Positions 40,246 to 49,649 of a stretch of DNA of 64,000 nucleotides are shown one piece after another. Position 1 is the stretch's first letter. Each line of letters begins with the position of its first letter. The notes beneath the pieces are model-generated. The model made no database searches, had not been told where the DNA came from, and was given only the letters and a program-made list of their open reading frames with translations. Source of the DNA: a virus. The translations under genes and the position numbers were made by a program. The stretch is taken from IMG/VR virus record IMGVR_UViG_3300013103_000005, positions 12,117-76,116 of that record. One strand, written 5' to 3'.

Positions 40246-41518
40246 AGCGACTTATTCCAGCCCTAGATGGAGTGGGGAATTATTAGATTGTAGTATGCCC
40301 ATGACCTTCGACCAATATTCTAGATGTTCGTTTAATTGTGTTTATTGTTTTAGTTTTTTTCAAAAAATTTATAATAAAGGTATGAGTGAAAAGAAGAAGA
40401 AAGACTATGCCGAAGGTATTGTTACTTCGGTGAACGCAGAAAAAGTGATAGAAAACTTTCGCAGGAGTTTGAACGGGGAAGATGTATGGCAGTTTTCTTG
40501 GTATATTAAAAATCGATATGTGATGCAATGGGGTGGTTTAGCAGATCCTTTTGATTTATACGAGAGAAAATTCGGGGTAGGTTTAAAATTATTAAGATTT
40601 TTTAGGGAAATAGAATACCCGATTAGCTTTTCAACTAAGGGAACTTGGTGGATAGAGGATAAAAGATATAGGGAATTATTTGAGGAGAATTCTTTTTGGA
40701 ATGTCAAAGTAAGTATAATAAGTTTAGAAGAGAAAGTGGCCAAAGTAATTGAGAGAGGATGTCCGACAGTGAGAGAAAGGCTAGACCTAATCGAAAAATT
40801 ATCCAATATAGGGATATTAACGACGTTGAGATTAAGGCCTTTTATTCCTAAAATCTCGGATAAAACATATCTTTCTTTAATTAAGGAAGCTTCTAATAGG
40901 GGAGCTAAAGCAGTTAGTACGGAATTTTTTTGTTTGTCCACTAATGTTAAAAAGGAAAGATTCAAACCTATTTCTGAATTGGCTGGTATTGATATTTGGG
41001 ATTTCTATAAAAGGCTTTCGCCTTCAAGAAGTTCTTTTTATAAAAGGTTAAATTATGAATATAAGAGGCCGTATTTTAAGAAAATGGAAGAATTATGCAA
41101 AGAGTTAGGATTAAGATTTTATGTGAGCGACGCGCATCATAAGGAGAGATGTAATAATGGGAGTTGTTGTGGTTTACCCGAAAATTCTGGGGCGATTTCT
41201 AATTATTTTAAGGGTCAATTTACCTACGCTATCGTTTTAGCTAAAAAGAAAGGGGAGGTAAGATTTTCAGATTTAGAAGGTGTAGAAAACTGGAAGAAAA
41301 TCCCTTGGAGTTATGCTCAAGGATTAAATACTCATAATCAAGTATGTCGGCTTAAAAGAAAAAATTGGACGGTTTATGATTATGTTAAATTTATTTGGAA
41401 TAGTCCTGAGAATAGTTTATCCCCTTACAAGTATTTTGAAGGAATGTTAATACCTTATGCTAAAGATAAGGAAGGAAATTTGATTTATAAGTTTAATAGG
41501 GAAAAATATGGAAGGTAA
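40232..41518 (+). CDS. Radical SAM enzyme (spore photoproduct lyase-like)
   Basis: CSFNCVYC; GGLADPF, STKG, E...PT..ERL, RLRPFIP; C-terminal SCCG. Confidence 0.85.
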   Translation: MEKIKATYSSPRWSGELLDCSMPMTFDQYSRCSFNCVYCFSFFQKIYNKGMSEKKKKDYAEGIVTSVNAEKVIENFRRSLNGEDVWQFSWYIKNRYVMQWGGLADPFDLYERKFGVGLKLLRFFREIEYPISFSTKGTWWIEDKRYRELFEENSFWNVKVSIISLEEKVAKVIERGCPTVRERLDLIEKLSNIGILTTLRLRPFIPKISDKTYLSLIKEASNRGAKAVSTEFFCLSTNVKKERFKPISELAGIDIWDFYKRLSPSRSSFYKRLNYEYKRPYFKKMEELCKELGLRFYVSDAHHKERCNNGSCCGLPENSGAISNYFKGQFTYAIVLAKKKGEVRFSDLEGVENWKKIPWSYAQGLNTHNQVCRLKRKNWTVYDYVKFIWNSPENSLSPYKYFEGMLIPYAKDKEGNLIYKFNREKYGR

Positions 41519-41942
41519 AGAAAATTTCATAAGTATTTTAGAGGATTTTAAGAGATTGGAAGAAAAGAACCTAGAAGTTTTTTTATTATTAAACGGAAAA
41601 GATTTTGAAGATATTTCTAAAATTCTTATAAGTTGGAGAAAGATAAAAATAGAATATAAAGGCACGGGTTTGGAAATACCAGAAGACCTAGAAGGTAGAT
41701 GGGCTTGGTTATGGAAGAATATTAAATGGGACAAAAGGAAATTGGAAAAATTAACTATGTTAGATTCTTCAAGGTTATCTAGGATTGTTGAATTTCTTAT
41801 TTCTAATAGAATAATTTTTCCCGATGGGACAATTCATAAATCCGCTTCCTTACTTTTAAGGGCTAAGATTAAAGAAATAATTAGGAAGATACCGACGGAT
41901 AAGGATAAATCTAAAAATAGAAAGGGGTTTGTAGATGGCTGA
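41508..41942 (+). CDS. Hypothetical protein, possible winged helix
   Basis: Coupled ORF; RLSRIVEFLISNRIIFPDGTI. Confidence 0.5.
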   Translation: MEGKENFISILEDFKRLEEKNLEVFLLLNGKDFEDISKILISWRKIKIEYKGTGLEIPEDLEGRWAWLWKNIKWDKRKLEKLTMLDSSRLSRIVEFLISNRIIFPDGTIHKSASLLLRAKIKEIIRKIPTDKDKSKNRKGFVDG

Positions 41943-43215
41943 TGTATTATTTGTACATCCTCCTAAACCTTATCTAAGAGACCCTAATGCTCAGTTTCCT
42001 TTAGGTCTTTTATATGTAGAAGCCTCGGCGAGAAAGGAAGGGTTCGAAACTAAAGTTTTAAATGCTTCTTCGCTTTCTTTGGAAGAAACTGTAGTTAGGA
42101 TTCTAGACCTTGACCCGTCCGTGATTGGTTACACTGGAACAGTTTTAGATTTGCCTTATATTTTTAAAATACAAGATGAATTGGAAAAGAAAAAAATCTA
42201 TCCCTTTGTATTAGGTGGGCCTTGTGTTTTTGCATTTTTAGAATCTGATTTGCGGTTAAGGTTTAAAAGTCCTTTTACGATATGTATTGGGGAAGGGGAG
42301 CCTGTGATAGGTCGAATAATACAAGACCTTAAGAAAGGGTCTCCTAAAAAATCTTACACGGGTTTTAATGAAGATATTAAAAATTTACCTAGGCCAGACC
42401 GAACATTAATCCAAGACGATTTGTCGGGGAATGTTTTCCTTAGTACTAGGTCAGATAAAGCGACTATTATTTTATCCTCACGAGGATGTGTTTTTAAATG
42501 TTGTTTTTGTACTGCACCTCATCTTTCTAAAGGGAAAGTAAGATTTAGGGATTTGTCAGATTTTTCAAGGGAATTAGATGAGATTAAAGATTTAGGAGTC
42601 AATTATCTTAGGTTTAGTGATGATAATTTTAGTTTAAATAGAAATTTTGTATCGGAGGTTTGCAAGCTTTTAAGGGAAAAAGGGTTTTATTTTCGTGTTT
42701 CTTGTAGGACTAAGCCCAATGACCTAGATTTTTTTAAATTATTAAAAGATAGCGGGTGTTTAGAAATAGGATTTGGGGTAGAAACCTGCGATGAAAGGGT
42801 ACTTAAAGTAATCGGAAAAGGACAAACCGTATCTGATATAGAAAAAGCTTTGACTAATGCAAAGAAAGCCGGGTTATTCGTAAGGGTTTTGTTGATGTCT
42901 AATCTCCCAGGAGAAGATTCCCAAAGCTCTTATAGAACTATATCGGTTTTAAATTCTTTGCCTTGGGATTCTATAAGTGTTACTGTTTTAAAGCCTTTCC
43001 CCGGTTCGGAAATATGGCGTAACCCTCAAAAATTTGGGTGTGAAATAATAGATAAAGATTTCTTTTCCTATAATATTTATGCCTATGATTCCTTAGGCGA
43101 AAGGCCTCATAAGCCGGCAATCAGGCCGTTTAATTTGGATTTATGGGAAGTGAGAAAAAATATTGAGGTTTTATTTGATTGGGCAAAAAAGACAGGAAAA
43201 CTTAATAAGGGGTAA
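41935..43215 (+). CDS. Cobalamin (B12)-binding radical SAM enzyme
   Basis: PLGLLYV, VLGGP, IGEGE, SRGCVFKCCFC, DDNF, GVET, PFPGS. Confidence 0.92.
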   Translation: MADVLFVHPPKPYLRDPNAQFPLGLLYVEASARKEGFETKVLNASSLSLEETVVRILDLDPSVIGYTGTVLDLPYIFKIQDELEKKKIYPFVLGGPCVFAFLESDLRLRFKSPFTICIGEGEPVIGRIIQDLKKGSPKKSYTGFNEDIKNLPRPDRTLIQDDLSGNVFLSTRSDKATIILSSRGCVFKCCFCTAPHLSKGKVRFRDLSDFSRELDEIKDLGVNYLRFSDDNFSLNRNFVSEVCKLLREKGFYFRVSCRTKPNDLDFFKLLKDSGCLEIGFGVETCDERVLKVIGKGQTVSDIEKALTNAKKAGLFVRVLLMSNLPGEDSQSSYRTISVLNSLPWDSISVTVLKPFPGSEIWRNPQKFGCEIIDKDFFSYNIYAYDSLGERPHKPAIRPFNLDLWEVRKNIEVLFDWAKKTGKLNKG

Positions 43216-43218
43216 GAT

Positions 43219-44310
43219 ATGAAGATAGGTGTAGTAAGATATTGTTTACCATTAACTTTATCCAGAAGTTCGTCTAGCGGAGGCGGTTGGATTTTGGAGG
43301 ACATCTTAAGAGGCCTTATGGGTAAAGGCCACGAAATCTTTATTTTGTCGGAGGTTAATAAAAAGGATTCTTTGTTTTGGAACAGGTATAAATTTAAATT
43401 TAGCTTTTATAAAGTTCCCAAAAATTTAGATTTATTATTAGTTATACAAGGCCCTTTTAATGTTACTTTTTGTTCGAAAAATTTCGGGCCTTATTTAAAA
43501 GGATTTAATCGGGTTTTGGCTCAATATAGCGGCCCCGTGGGGTTGTTAGTATGGGATTATGAATTACCTGTTTTCCTTAGTTCTAAAAATAAGTCTTATC
43601 TTAAAATGTGCGAAGGATTAGGTGAGAATTTTCTAATAAGGGATAAGAAATGGGTCGTAATAGTTTCAGACAAAGAACTCGTGAGAAAAAAATGGTCTAG
43701 TCCTTTTTTTGATTTTTTAAAAGAAGGAAAGATAATCGAAGGGGTAGATTTTTGTAAGTTAGGATTTTCTTTAGATAAATATTCTGCTCCACAAATGGGA
43801 GACTTGCTTTCCTATTTTGGTAGTGATAGGAAAGGAAGGCTCAAGGTATTCGAAAGATATTATTTACAAAGCGGTCTTTTAGTTAATCTTTTTGGAAATT
43901 GGAATAAAAAGAACCTTAGAAGCTTAAAAAAATATCCTAATTTAAAGTTTAAAGGCAAACTAACCGAAAGGGAAGTCTGGGATGCTATGAGAAAAACATT
44001 TTTTCAGATTTATATTTCAGATGATTTCTACAATAAAAAGCACTTTATTACTAGAAGGTTTTATATAGGGATTTTAAGTGGGTCAGTGGTGTTATTTCAG
44101 AAAGAATCGACCCCAGTTTCTAAAGGTTGGATTCCTAAAAAATTTATTGTTTCTTCAGGTGATGAAGTTCGTGAATTTATAATTAAAAATAAAGATTTTA
44201 ATAAAAGAAAAATTTTGGTAGATGAATTACAAGAGATTATAGATACGAGTAAGATTAAAGACCATAGGGAAAAGACCTTGGAAACTATCGAAAGGATAGT
44301 TAGAATATGA
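43219..44310 (+). CDS. GT-B glycosyltransferase resembling T4 DNA beta-glucosyltransferase
   Basis: YFGSDRKGR, GLLVNLFGN, FKGKL, ISDDFYNKKHFITRRFY are collinear with T4 BGT motifs as recalled from memory; similar length. Confidence 0.7.
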   Translation: MKIGVVRYCLPLTLSRSSSSGGGWILEDILRGLMGKGHEIFILSEVNKKDSLFWNRYKFKFSFYKVPKNLDLLLVIQGPFNVTFCSKNFGPYLKGFNRVLAQYSGPVGLLVWDYELPVFLSSKNKSYLKMCEGLGENFLIRDKKWVVIVSDKELVRKKWSSPFFDFLKEGKIIEGVDFCKLGFSLDKYSAPQMGDLLSYFGSDRKGRLKVFERYYLQSGLLVNLFGNWNKKNLRSLKKYPNLKFKGKLTEREVWDAMRKTFFQIYISDDFYNKKHFITRRFYIGILSGSVVLFQKESTPVSKGWIPKKFIVSSGDEVREFIIKNKDFNKRKILVDELQEIIDTSKIKDHREKTLETIERIVRI

Positions 44311-46682
44311 ATTTTTTATCCAAGGAACTTCCTTGTTCTAACAAATGTCGTCTTTATAAAACCTGTAAAACCCCTTGTATTAAGGGAAGGGGAAATCCTA
44401 ATGCAGATATTTTTCTTATAGGCGAGGCCCCGGGGGAAGAAGAGGATGAGCAGGGAAAAGTATTCGTAGGGCGTTCTGGAAAAATTTTAGAAAAAGCCCT
44501 TGAAAAAGTTGGAATTAAGAATTTTTATATTACAAATGCAGTTGCTTGCAGACCTCCTAATAATAGGGAGCCGACCCAAAAGGAAATTGAGGCCTGTAAG
44601 CCTCGTCTCTTAAAGGAAATAAAGAAGATAAAGCCTAAAACGATTATTTTATTAGGCAATACTGCTCTTAAATCCTTGTTTGCCAAAACCAAAATAAGCG
44701 ATTATTTGAATCAGGATTTGGAATTTGAAGGAATTAAGGTTTATGCCAATTATCACCCTGCTGCTTTATTAAGAAATCCCGCCTTGAAAAAACCTTTTCT
44801 AGAGGTTTTGATTAGGGCTAAGAAAGGATTGATATCAAATAAGATAAGGAGAGAATATTGGTTATTAGAGACTTACGAAGAAATAAAAGATTTTTTGAAA
44901 TCTTTGTTGAAAAAAGAATGGGTAGCTTTTGATATCGAGACTTTAGGTTTGGATTATTTGGCTAAGAGAGCTAGGTTATTGTCTATCGCCTTTTCGGGCG
45001 AGATTGGAAAGGCATTTGCTTTTTCTTTAGATAAGAAAAGGTTGGGGTTGTTGGAATATAGAAAGAGGATTAAATTATTAAATAATTTCTTTAATCATAG
45101 GTCTACCCCGAAATTGATAGGCCATAATGTTAAATTCGATTGTGCTTATTTAAAGTATTTCGGGGTCGATGTGGATAATTTAAAGTGGGATACACAGCTA
45201 GCTCATCATTTATTGAATGAAGAGATGTTGATGCCTGGTTTAAAGGAATTGGCTAAAAGATATACGGATTTAGGGGATTATAATGAACCTGTTAAGGGAT
45301 ATATGAATAATCTAGATTTTTTACCAGAAAAAACTATTTTAACTTATAATTGTTATGATGCGGATGCTACTTTTAGAATTTTTGTTTACGAGTATAAGAA
45401 ATTGAAAAAAGAACCTAACCTTTTATGGGTTTTGAATAATATCTTGCTTCCCGCCAGTTATGTCTTAATGTTAATGGAAATGCAAGGAGCTTCTTTAGAT
45501 TTGGAATACGTTTATAAGTTGAAGAAAAAGTTCGAAAATGAGAAAAATGAGATTATAAGAAAGCTTGAAAAATCTAAAGCGATTAGAAAATCTGTAGAAA
45601 TATTGAAAACTAAATTTAATTTTAATTCTTCAGACCATTTAAGGGTTCTGTTGTATGAGGTTTTGAAGTTACCTGTCGATAAATCCAACCTTACTAAAAC
45701 GGGCTTGCCTTCGGCTAAGGTTGAAGTACTTAAAAAATTTTCTGATAGATATAAAATTATAGGTTCTCTCCTTAGACTTTCTAAGGTTAAAAAGATGTTA
45801 ACTACTTATCTAGAACCTGCTGAAGATTGGCTTTCTTCGGATGGGAAGGTCCATACAACTTATAATTTAACAGGGACAGTTACAGGAAGATTAAGTTCCG
45901 AAAGACCAAATAGTCAAAATTTTCCTAGAGATAAAACTATAAAGAAAATGTTTATAGCTTCGCCAGGGAATCTGATTATTCAAGCTGATTATAGTCAGAT
46001 GGAATTAAGGGTAATGGCTTGTGCCTCTAGGGATAAAAGATTGATAGAAATTTATAATAAGGGATTAGACGCTCATAAGATGGCTGCCTCGGCTATGTAT
46101 AATGTTCCTTATGATAAAGTAACGCCAGAACAAAGACAATTTGCCAAAGGTGCCGTAAGTTTTGGATTAAATTATGGTAGGGGAGCTAAGGCACTTGCTA
46201 GAGATTTGAATATTTCTGTTGAGGAAGCAGAAAGATTTAGGAGGGATTATTTTAAAAGGTATTCGGGTGTCGCTAGGTACATAGAAGAAGTAAAAAAGAC
46301 TTTAAGAAAACAAGGTTATGTTGAGAGCTTATTTGGAAGAAGAAGGAGATTACCTAATATTTATTCAAAGGATGAATATAAAAGAAGCGAAGCAGAGAGA
46401 CAAGCGGTAAATTTTATAATTCAGTCAACCGCTTCAGATATAACACTTTTAGCGTTATATAAAATATATAAGAGGATTAAAAAAGAAGAAAAATTATCGA
46501 GGCTGATTTTTACTATACACGATTCAGTTGTTTTAGAGGTACCCGAAAGCGAAGTGGATTGGTGTGTAGAAATGTTGAAGAAAGAAATGGTAGATTTTAA
46601 ATTTGATTGGTTAGTAGTTCCTTTAGCAATTGAAATAGATATAATGAAAAATTGGGGAGAAACTATTAGAACCATAGAATGA
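44307..46682 (+). CDS. polA: Family A DNA polymerase with N-terminal family-4 uracil-DNA glycosylase-like domain and 3'-5' exonuclease
   Basis: GEAPG, CRPPNNR, YHPAA; FDIET, HNVKFD; [18 protein letters not shown]. Confidence 0.95.
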   Translation: MNFLSKELPCSNKCRLYKTCKTPCIKGRGNPNADIFLIGEAPGEEEDEQGKVFVGRSGKILEKALEKVGIKNFYITNAVACRPPNNREPTQKEIEACKPRLLKEIKKIKPKTIILLGNTALKSLFAKTKISDYLNQDLEFEGIKVYANYHPAALLRNPALKKPFLEVLIRAKKGLISNKIRREYWLLETYEEIKDFLKSLLKKEWVAFDIETLGLDYLAKRARLLSIAFSGEIGKAFAFSLDKKRLGLLEYRKRIKLLNNFFNHRSTPKLIGHNVKFDCAYLKYFGVDVDNLKWDTQLAHHLLNEEMLMPGLKELAKRYTDLGDYNEPVKGYMNNLDFLPEKTILTYNCYDADATFRIFVYEYKKLKKEPNLLWVLNNILLPASYVLMLMEMQGASLDLEYVYKLKKKFENEKNEIIRKLEKSKAIRKSVEILKTKFNFNSSDHLRVLLYEVLKLPVDKSNLTKTGLPSAKVEVLKKFSDRYKIIGSLLRLSKVKKMLTTYLEPAEDWLSSDGKVHTTYNLTGTVTGRLSSERPNSQNFPRDKTIKKMFIASPGNLIIQADYSQMELRVMACASRDKRLIEIYNKGLDAHKMAASAMYNVPYDKVTPEQRQFAKGAVSFGLNYGRGAKALARDLNISVEEAERFRRDYFKRYSGVARYIEEVKKTLRKQGYVESLFGRRRRLPNIYSKDEYKRSEAERQAVNFIIQSTASDITLLALYKIYKRIKKEEKLSRLIFTIHDSVVLEVPESEVDWCVEMLKKEMVDFKFDWLVVPLAIEIDIMKNWGETIRTIE

Positions 46683-46683
46683 A

Positions 46684-46701
46684 AGTTTAACGCGTTAAAC
46701 T
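46684..46701. repeat. Palindrome copy 17
   Basis: AGTTTAACGCGTTAAACT. Confidence 0.95.
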
Positions 46702-47361
46702 ATGGAAGAGATTTATAGAACATCTTTAGGAATTTTGTATAAAGGTGATTGTTTAGATTATTTAAAGATTCAACCAGATAAAAGTATGGACGTGGTTGTT
46801 ACTGACCCGCCTTATGGTGTTAGAAATGACGATTGGGATTTGGAATTTGATAAAAATTTGAAAGAATGGTTGGGAAATTGTTTAAGAATTAGTAAAAGAT
46901 GTCTTTGGTTTTGCTCTGGTATAAAGCTACCTATGATACTAAGTCTTTATTCTGAATTACAGCGTCTTTTAATATGGGTTAAACCCAAAGGCAGTCAGTT
47001 TAGCGGAGCAATGAATTCTAATCTATGGTATAGTATAGAACCAATTTTAGTTTATGGGGAGATGCTGCCGAACGATAAGAATAAAAAATACGGATATTCT
47101 CATTTTGTTTATAGAACAGTACCAGAAAGGAAGTATGGGCATCCGACTACAAAACCGTTAGGGTTAATGAAAGACCTTATTTATTTTTATTCTAATGAGA
47201 ATGAAATTGTTTTAGACCCCTTTATGGGTAGTGGAACAACAGCAGTAGCCTGTGAATTATTAAGGAGAAAGTGGGTTGGGATAGAGAAAGAAGAAAAGTA
47301 TTGTAAAATAATAATAGAACGTTTAAAAACAGAAGCGAGACCAAGAAAGACCTTTATTTAG
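46702..47361 (+). CDS. DNA N4-cytosine/N6-adenine methyltransferase, beta class
   Basis: DPPY precedes HPTTKP and DPFMGSGTT. Confidence 0.92.
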   Translation: MEEIYRTSLGILYKGDCLDYLKIQPDKSMDVVVTDPPYGVRNDDWDLEFDKNLKEWLGNCLRISKRCLWFCSGIKLPMILSLYSELQRLLIWVKPKGSQFSGAMNSNLWYSIEPILVYGEMLPNDKNKKYGYSHFVYRTVPERKYGHPTTKPLGLMKDLIYFYSNENEIVLDPFMGSGTTAVACELLRRKWVGIEKEEKYCKIIIERLKTEARPRKTFI

Positions 47362-47368
47362 GGAAGAT

Positions 47369-48850
47369 ATGAAAAATAAAATAACAATCGAACATCAATT
47401 TATATTTGCTTTACTCGAAGACCCGGGTAGGTTTAAAAAATTAAGAGGTATTAGTTCAAATTATTTATTAAATCCTGTAGCAAAACTACTTTTTAGAAAG
47501 TTATTAAATTATCATAGGCGGACAAAGAAATTTTTAGATATAGAAGCATTAGGGACTTATATATCTTCTATACCTAAGAAAAAATTAAGAAAGAAATTTT
47601 CAGAGTTTTATTCTGAATTGGCAACCCTTGTAGAAATTTCAGAATCTCAATTTGAATATATTTTAGAACAAATCAAAAAGAATTATAAAAAGAAATTGAT
47701 TAGTAATAAAGTTTATGATGTATTAGTGGCTAATGAGAATGAAGACAATCCAGACAAAGCAGAAAAATTATGGACATTGGGTTTACAGGAATTGAGGAGA
47801 CAATCTCCAGAAGAAGCTCCTTTAATAGACTTAGATGATGAATTATCTACAAGTTTAGAAGAATACGAGAAAATGAAGAACGAAGATAAGAAAGCAGTTC
47901 CTACAGGTATAGATTTAATTGATATGTATACGGGAGGATTATATCCTGGAGAATTGTGGTTGTTAGGCGGTTATACTTCAGAAGGTAAAACTACAGTATT
48001 AACGAATATAGCGAGAAATATAGTAGTTAATGGGTATAATGTTTTGTTTATAACTTTAGAAGAAACTGTAAAACAAATGAGGTGGAGATTTGCTTGTTGC
48101 CATTCTAATTATATTAAAAATGGTTCTGCTATTCCTGGGGTAGTTTATTCTAAAATAGAAACAACCGCTTTAGAACCAGAAGAATTGAAAAAGTATAAAA
48201 AGACAATAAAGGATTGGTATAAAAATAAAAATAGGGGAAGAATATTTTTCTGGCAAGCACCTGCGAACACGATGGTGATTACAGTTGAAGATATTATGAA
48301 TTATTTAGCGATGGATATTAGATTAGATGCCGTGCTTATAGATTATGCTCAATTAGTGAGACCTACAAAAAGAATAGGAAATACAAGATATGAAATGACA
48401 GAGGTTATAGAGGATTTGAAACAACTAGCTTTAACTTTTAACGATGGTAAAGGGATACCTATATTGACCGCTTGGCAAATATCAAGGAAGGGTAGAAATA
48501 ATGCAGAGAAAAGAGGTTATTATATTAAAGAAGATTTTAGCGAAACTTCATTTTCAGAAAGAACTTCTGATGTGATGTTATGGTTTTTAACTACTGATGA
48601 GTTTAAAGAAGCAGGTTTAATTAAATATGGAATAGCTAAAAATAGAGGTGGGCCAACTGAAATTAAAGGAAGATTTTTAAAACAGAATTTCGCTACGAAT
48701 TATATAGGAACAAAAACATTAGACCAGAATGAGGTAGATAAGATATTAAAGAATTATCAAGGCGAGAAGAAAGCTTCAGAAGAATTTGTGGTAGAAGATT
48801 TTGAAGAAGAAGGATTTTTCGACGACATTGAGGAATTTGAAGAAGTTTAA
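47369..48850 (+). CDS. dnaB: DnaB-like replicative helicase
   Basis: PTGIDLID...GGL, GYTSEGKT, ITLEE, IDYAQL, QISR, KNRGG. Confidence 0.9.
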   Translation: MKNKITIEHQFIFALLEDPGRFKKLRGISSNYLLNPVAKLLFRKLLNYHRRTKKFLDIEALGTYISSIPKKKLRKKFSEFYSELATLVEISESQFEYILEQIKKNYKKKLISNKVYDVLVANENEDNPDKAEKLWTLGLQELRRQSPEEAPLIDLDDELSTSLEEYEKMKNEDKKAVPTGIDLIDMYTGGLYPGELWLLGGYTSEGKTTVLTNIARNIVVNGYNVLFITLEETVKQMRWRFACCHSNYIKNGSAIPGVVYSKIETTALEPEELKKYKKTIKDWYKNKNRGRIFFWQAPANTMVITVEDIMNYLAMDIRLDAVLIDYAQLVRPTKRIGNTRYEMTEVIEDLKQLALTFNDGKGIPILTAWQISRKGRNNAEKRGYYIKEDFSETSFSERTSDVMLWFLTTDEFKEAGLIKYGIAKNRGGPTEIKGRFLKQNFATNYIGTKTLDQNEVDKILKNYQGEKKASEEFVVEDFEEEGFFDDIEEFEEV

Positions 48851-48862
48851 CGCATTAAACTT
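48843..48862. repeat. Palindrome copy 18 (CGCA)
   Basis: AAGTTTAACGCATTAAACTT. Confidence 0.95.
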
Positions 48863-48880
48863 TTGAGGACTTTTTGATAA

Positions 48881-49474
48881 ATGAAGAACGAAAAAATTTT
48901 GAAAATAATCAGAGAAGAATTGGATTTATTTAAGGTGTTAGATTTTTATAATATAGAATATAACCCTTCCAAAACAAAACAGATGATAATTTGTCCTTTC
49001 CATTCGGAAATAAAACCCTCTTTATCTATTTCTGAAGATGGAAAATTATGGCATTGTTTTGGGTGTAATGCAGGCGGAGATGTTATAAAGTTTATTGAAG
49101 AAATAGCTAAATGTGATTTTAAAGAAGCTATAGAAATAGCAAAGGAAATATTGGGAATTAAAAAAGGAAAAATCAAAATTAAAAAAGTTGTAAAGACGAA
49201 AGTTAAAGAAAAGATTTTGTTTGAAGATGTTCAAGAGGATTTGAAAAATAAATTACTCGAAGAATTGAAATTGATGTATAAGACTTATAGAATTGTTTGT
49301 GATTTTCCTTTGTATTTGGATAAGATTTATGATTATGTTTTGAGCGTTGTTTTTGAAAAAGAAAGATGGTCTGTATCCTCTGTGAGAACCTTCCTTTCCC
49401 AATCCGAATCTTTATTTAGGCTCTCCTTTGAAAACCCTCCTAAAATTTCAAGATGGTATCCAGAAAAAGTTTAA
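48881..49474 (+). CDS. CHC2 zinc-finger (DnaG primase ZBD-like) protein without TOPRIM domain
   Basis: CPFHSEIKPS...WHCFGCNAGGDVI. Confidence 0.85.
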   Translation: MKNEKILKIIREELDLFKVLDFYNIEYNPSKTKQMIICPFHSEIKPSLSISEDGKLWHCFGCNAGGDVIKFIEEIAKCDFKEAIEIAKEILGIKKGKIKIKKVVKTKVKEKILFEDVQEDLKNKLLEELKLMYKTYRIVCDFPLYLDKIYDYVLSVVFEKERWSVSSVRTFLSQSESLFRLSFENPPKISRWYPEKV

Positions 49475-49488
49475 CGCGTTAAACTTTT
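49465..49488. repeat. Palindrome copy 19
   Basis: AAAAGTTTAACGCGTTAAACTTTT. Confidence 0.98.
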
Positions 49489-49585
49489 CAAAAAAAAAAT
49501 TAAAAATTTTTGTTTAAATTTATAAATTATTGGTTTATAATATTTTATGATTTTAAAATTTTTTAAAAAATTTTAAATTTTTCAC

Positions 49586-49613
49586 TTGCATTTTATCGTA
49601 TATACGTTATAAT
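49586..49613 (+). promoter_or_regulatory. Sigma70-type early promoter with long AT-rich upstream tract
   Basis: TTGCAT-16 nt-TATAAT after ~95 nt of A/T tracts. Confidence 0.65.
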
Positions 49614-49649
49614 ATACTATAGAATATAAAGGTTCTTTGAAAATTTTAA

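Noticed and set aside
40405-40965. 186-aa minus-strand ORF and other minus-strand ORFs
   Set aside because: Antisense shadows of well-supported + strand genes, with no recognisable motifs
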